64,000 nt of DNA from Macrostomum lignano. Its lineage: Eukaryota. Below the pieces are notes generated by a model. The model searched no databases. It was given only the letters and a program-made list of their open reading frames with translations, and was not told the DNA's origin. The stretch is from contig NIVC01002282.1 in the NCBI GenBank assembly GCA_002269645.1, forward strand, positions 62,001 to 126,000, written 5' to 3'. Made by a program: the position numbers and the translations under genes. Positions 62,290 to 64,000 of the stretch are shown in pieces; the stretch's first letter is position 1; each line of letters opens with the position of its first letter.

Positions 62290-62605
62290 CCACATCTAAT
62301 CTCTCCCCTCTGTCTCCAGTTCCCACAACCAATCTCTCACATCTAACCTCTCCCCTCTATCTCTAATCACATCTCTAACCTCTCCCCTCTGTCTCCACTC
62401 CAATCTCTAACCTCTCCCCTCTGTCTCTACTCCAATGTCTAATCTCTGCCCTGTCTCTACCTGCCGCATCTAATCTCTCCCCTGTCTCTACCTGCCGCAT
62501 CTAATCTCTCCCCTGTCTCTACCTGCCGCTTGTAATCTCTCCCCTGTCTCTACCTGCCGCATCTAATCTCTCCCCTGTCTCTACCTGACGCATCTAATCT
62601 CTCCC
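62290..62605. repeat. ~31-bp pyrimidine-rich repeat CTCTACCTGCCGCATCTAATCTCTCCCCTGT
   Basis: Degenerate towards the left end. Confidence 0.85.
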
Positions 62606-63186
62606 TAGCACAGGCACTCGAGATTAAGTGAGAGATCACAAGCACAACAACCAGAAAGCCGCAATGCCACCAGACAACACGTGACGGACTGCCGCACTGA
62701 CCCCAGCCTGCCGGGAGCCTCATGGGAGTCGCGGGTGCAGTTTCATTGTGCCAGCAATCCAGGGCACTCCAGACCAGTCCATTGAAATGCGATTTATGGA
62801 TTGAAAATGAAGAATCCAAAACTGGCGAAGTCTTTCAGATAGTCGAGCTGAAGCAGAGGGGTTGTCTCTTGAGTAGTCAAGTAAAGAAAATAGAAATAAA
62901 AGCTCTTCCACAACCCCTACTAAAAGCAATAGTGTTGCAGAAAGAATTTCAAGCATTTCGTCTCCCCTCCGCTACCCCAGGGCAACCTGGCCAAGACTCT
63001 TGGAAAGCAACAAAAAGACAAACAAGTCTCAAGTCCTGTTGTTTCAAACTAAGCCATTGCGCTGCCCTAAACTTACTATATAGTGTAGGAAATGCTTCCG
63101 CGCGCTGCTTTCGAGGAGTTACACAGGAAAGAGTTGAAAAATTGTCACGTGGTTTTATAAGCTGCAGCAAGAGTCGGACAGAGGCA

Positions 63187-63189
<3 letters not shown>

Positions 63190-63268
<79 letters not shown>
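63190..63268. repeat. (AG)n microsatellite
   Basis: Perfect dinucleotide run. Confidence 0.98.
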
Positions 63269-63269
<1 letters not shown>

Positions 63270-63399
63270 AGCTTAGCGTCCGCCCCTGGCTAGGGAGCAG
63301 TCATCAAAAGCCTAAAAATAATAAGCATGCCCGGCATGCCATGGCCGAAAATTTATTGTTTTGTTATAGTATAAGAGCGTTCATATAGTGTGACAAATT

Positions 63400-63735
63400 G
63401 AATGCTAAACAGGGTGACAAATAGAGTGAAAGACAGAGTGACAAATGGAGTGCTAAACAGAGTGCTAAAAATAGCATGCTAAACAGAGTGACTACTGGAT
63501 GACAAATAGTGATTCATAGAGTGATAATAGGGTGATGAGCAGAGTGAAAAGTAAGAGTGCTAAACAGAGTGACTACTGGATGACAAATAGAGTGATTCAT
63601 AGAGTGATAATAGGGTGATGAGCAGAGTGAAAAGTAAGAGTGCTAAACAGAGTGACTACTGGATGACAAATAGAGTGATTCATAGAGTGATAATAGGGTG
63701 ATGAGCAGAGTTAAAAGTAAGAGTGCTAAACAGAG
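63400..63735. repeat. 83-bp higher-order repeat built from AGAGTG subunits
   Basis: agagtgaaaagtaag recurs at 63541 and 63624; degenerate subunits lie upstream. Confidence 0.85.
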
Positions 63736-64000
63736 TCCTACCCAGGTTGATGGGGCAGCTATGCAGAATGCCAGGAGCATTAGTAAATATAAGCTTTCCC
63801 ATAACGACACGCTTGTTTGTCGAAAAAAAACTACTCAGACCGCCAGCAGCATCAAGCAGAAGTCCCATCATTTCAATGCCCCATCAAAGCAGATTACTTT
63901 TCAGGGATCTTTCACGTCTCTAATTTCCCTAATCTCTTTTACTCAGATGGACAACATATATACTTATCAAGCACGTGTGTTCAATACTCAAACAGACTCG

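Noticed and set aside
62722-63276. 184-aa plus-strand ORF
   Set aside because: No recognisable domain; the C-terminus is read through the (AG)n run; no splice support.

Overview
Eukaryotic (animal) genomic DNA: GC-rich spliced exons sit in introns packed with tandem repeats. The style resembles the flatworm Macrostomum, but that is inference and unverified. Three host genes can be reconstructed with phase-consistent GT-AG splice sites. (1) Junctophilin (+): 7 exons, 7774-21556; the 5' MORN exons are not found in the window. (2) Separase/ESPL1 (+): about 43441-52466, with an intact peptidase C50 His/Cys dyad. (3) A CCR4/CNOT6-type deadenylase (-): 60017-55727, with no LRR exons visible. Between junctophilin and separase is a transposon cluster: an internally deleted Tc1/IS630-type element (24507-25209), a head-to-tail pair of non-autonomous Helitron-like elements (26797-30301), and a 9.4-kb CACTA/EnSpm(CMC)-type element (32680-42117). 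The CACTA element has 11-bp TIRs, a TT target duplication, a transposase, a divergent DUF4806-like gene and a nested hAT MITE. A double RNase H LINE fragment interrupts a minisatellite in a separase intron. About 35 tandem arrays are present. The least-explained pattern is an exact 13-bp core, GTGAGGTGGGTGT, shared by four distant minisatellites with different unit lengths (70, 59-60, 22 and 76 bp). Also notable, almost every host intron has its own minisatellite while the transposon-gene introns are short and repeat-free. No rRNA, tRNA, CRISPR array or prokaryotic system was found. Most long ORFs in the supplied track are repeat artefacts.
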